A stretch of DNA of 64,000 nt from Veleropilina oligotropha (lineage: Eukaryota): the NCBI GenBank assembly GCA_048128005.1, contig JBEUKZ010000064.1:372001-436000 (forward strand). Direction: 5' to 3'. Position numbers and translations under genes: made by a program. Under the pieces are notes generated by a model that worked only from the letters and a program-made list of their open reading frames with translations, did not search any database and was not told the DNA's origin. Below are positions 63,815 to 64,000 of the stretch, in pieces. The number at the start of each line of letters is the position of its first letter. Positions within the stretch are counted from its first letter, which is position 1.

Positions 63815-64000
63815 GTTATACCACGAGGTTTGGTTGTCTAATCGGAAAAGCCTGCAGTTAATTAACTGCACGGGCTTTTCCGATTAGATAACACAAACAG
63901 AGTGATATAACCGACTTAAACCATTTCAAAAGCGTAAAATAATTTAAAATATGTGATTTTAATAACGTAATACACCCAGAAAGTAGTCCCCCGTGGTCTA
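63815..64000 (-). repeat. Inverted copy of the 58318-58567 repeat (runs off the window end)
   Basis: GGAAAAGCCTGCAGTTAATTAACTGCACGGGCTTTTCC palindrome, then GATATAACCGACTTAAACCATTT. Confidence 0.8.

Overview
Repeat-rich animal genomic DNA. It is probably from a marine invertebrate, which I infer from the transposon families and the Frizzled sequence. There is one intact protein-coding gene: a single-ORF Frizzled-4-like Wnt receptor (40243-41943, minus strand) in a repeat-free island. The rest is tandem repeats plus nested transposable elements: tRNA-derived SINEs, two decayed RTE-type LINEs, hAT elements with 5-bp target-site duplications (TSDs), Tc1-, Harbinger- and Kolobok-like MITEs, and non-autonomous Helentron-like elements. 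The main finding is that the two kb-scale satellites are not independent. The 44-bp x177 array (157-7944) and the 43-bp x~148 array (23188-29452) are each an internal segment of the same SINE family, amplified in place inside a SINE copy whose arms survive on both sides. A third SINE copy carries minisatellites at both its head and its tail. All calls were made by eye, with no database search.
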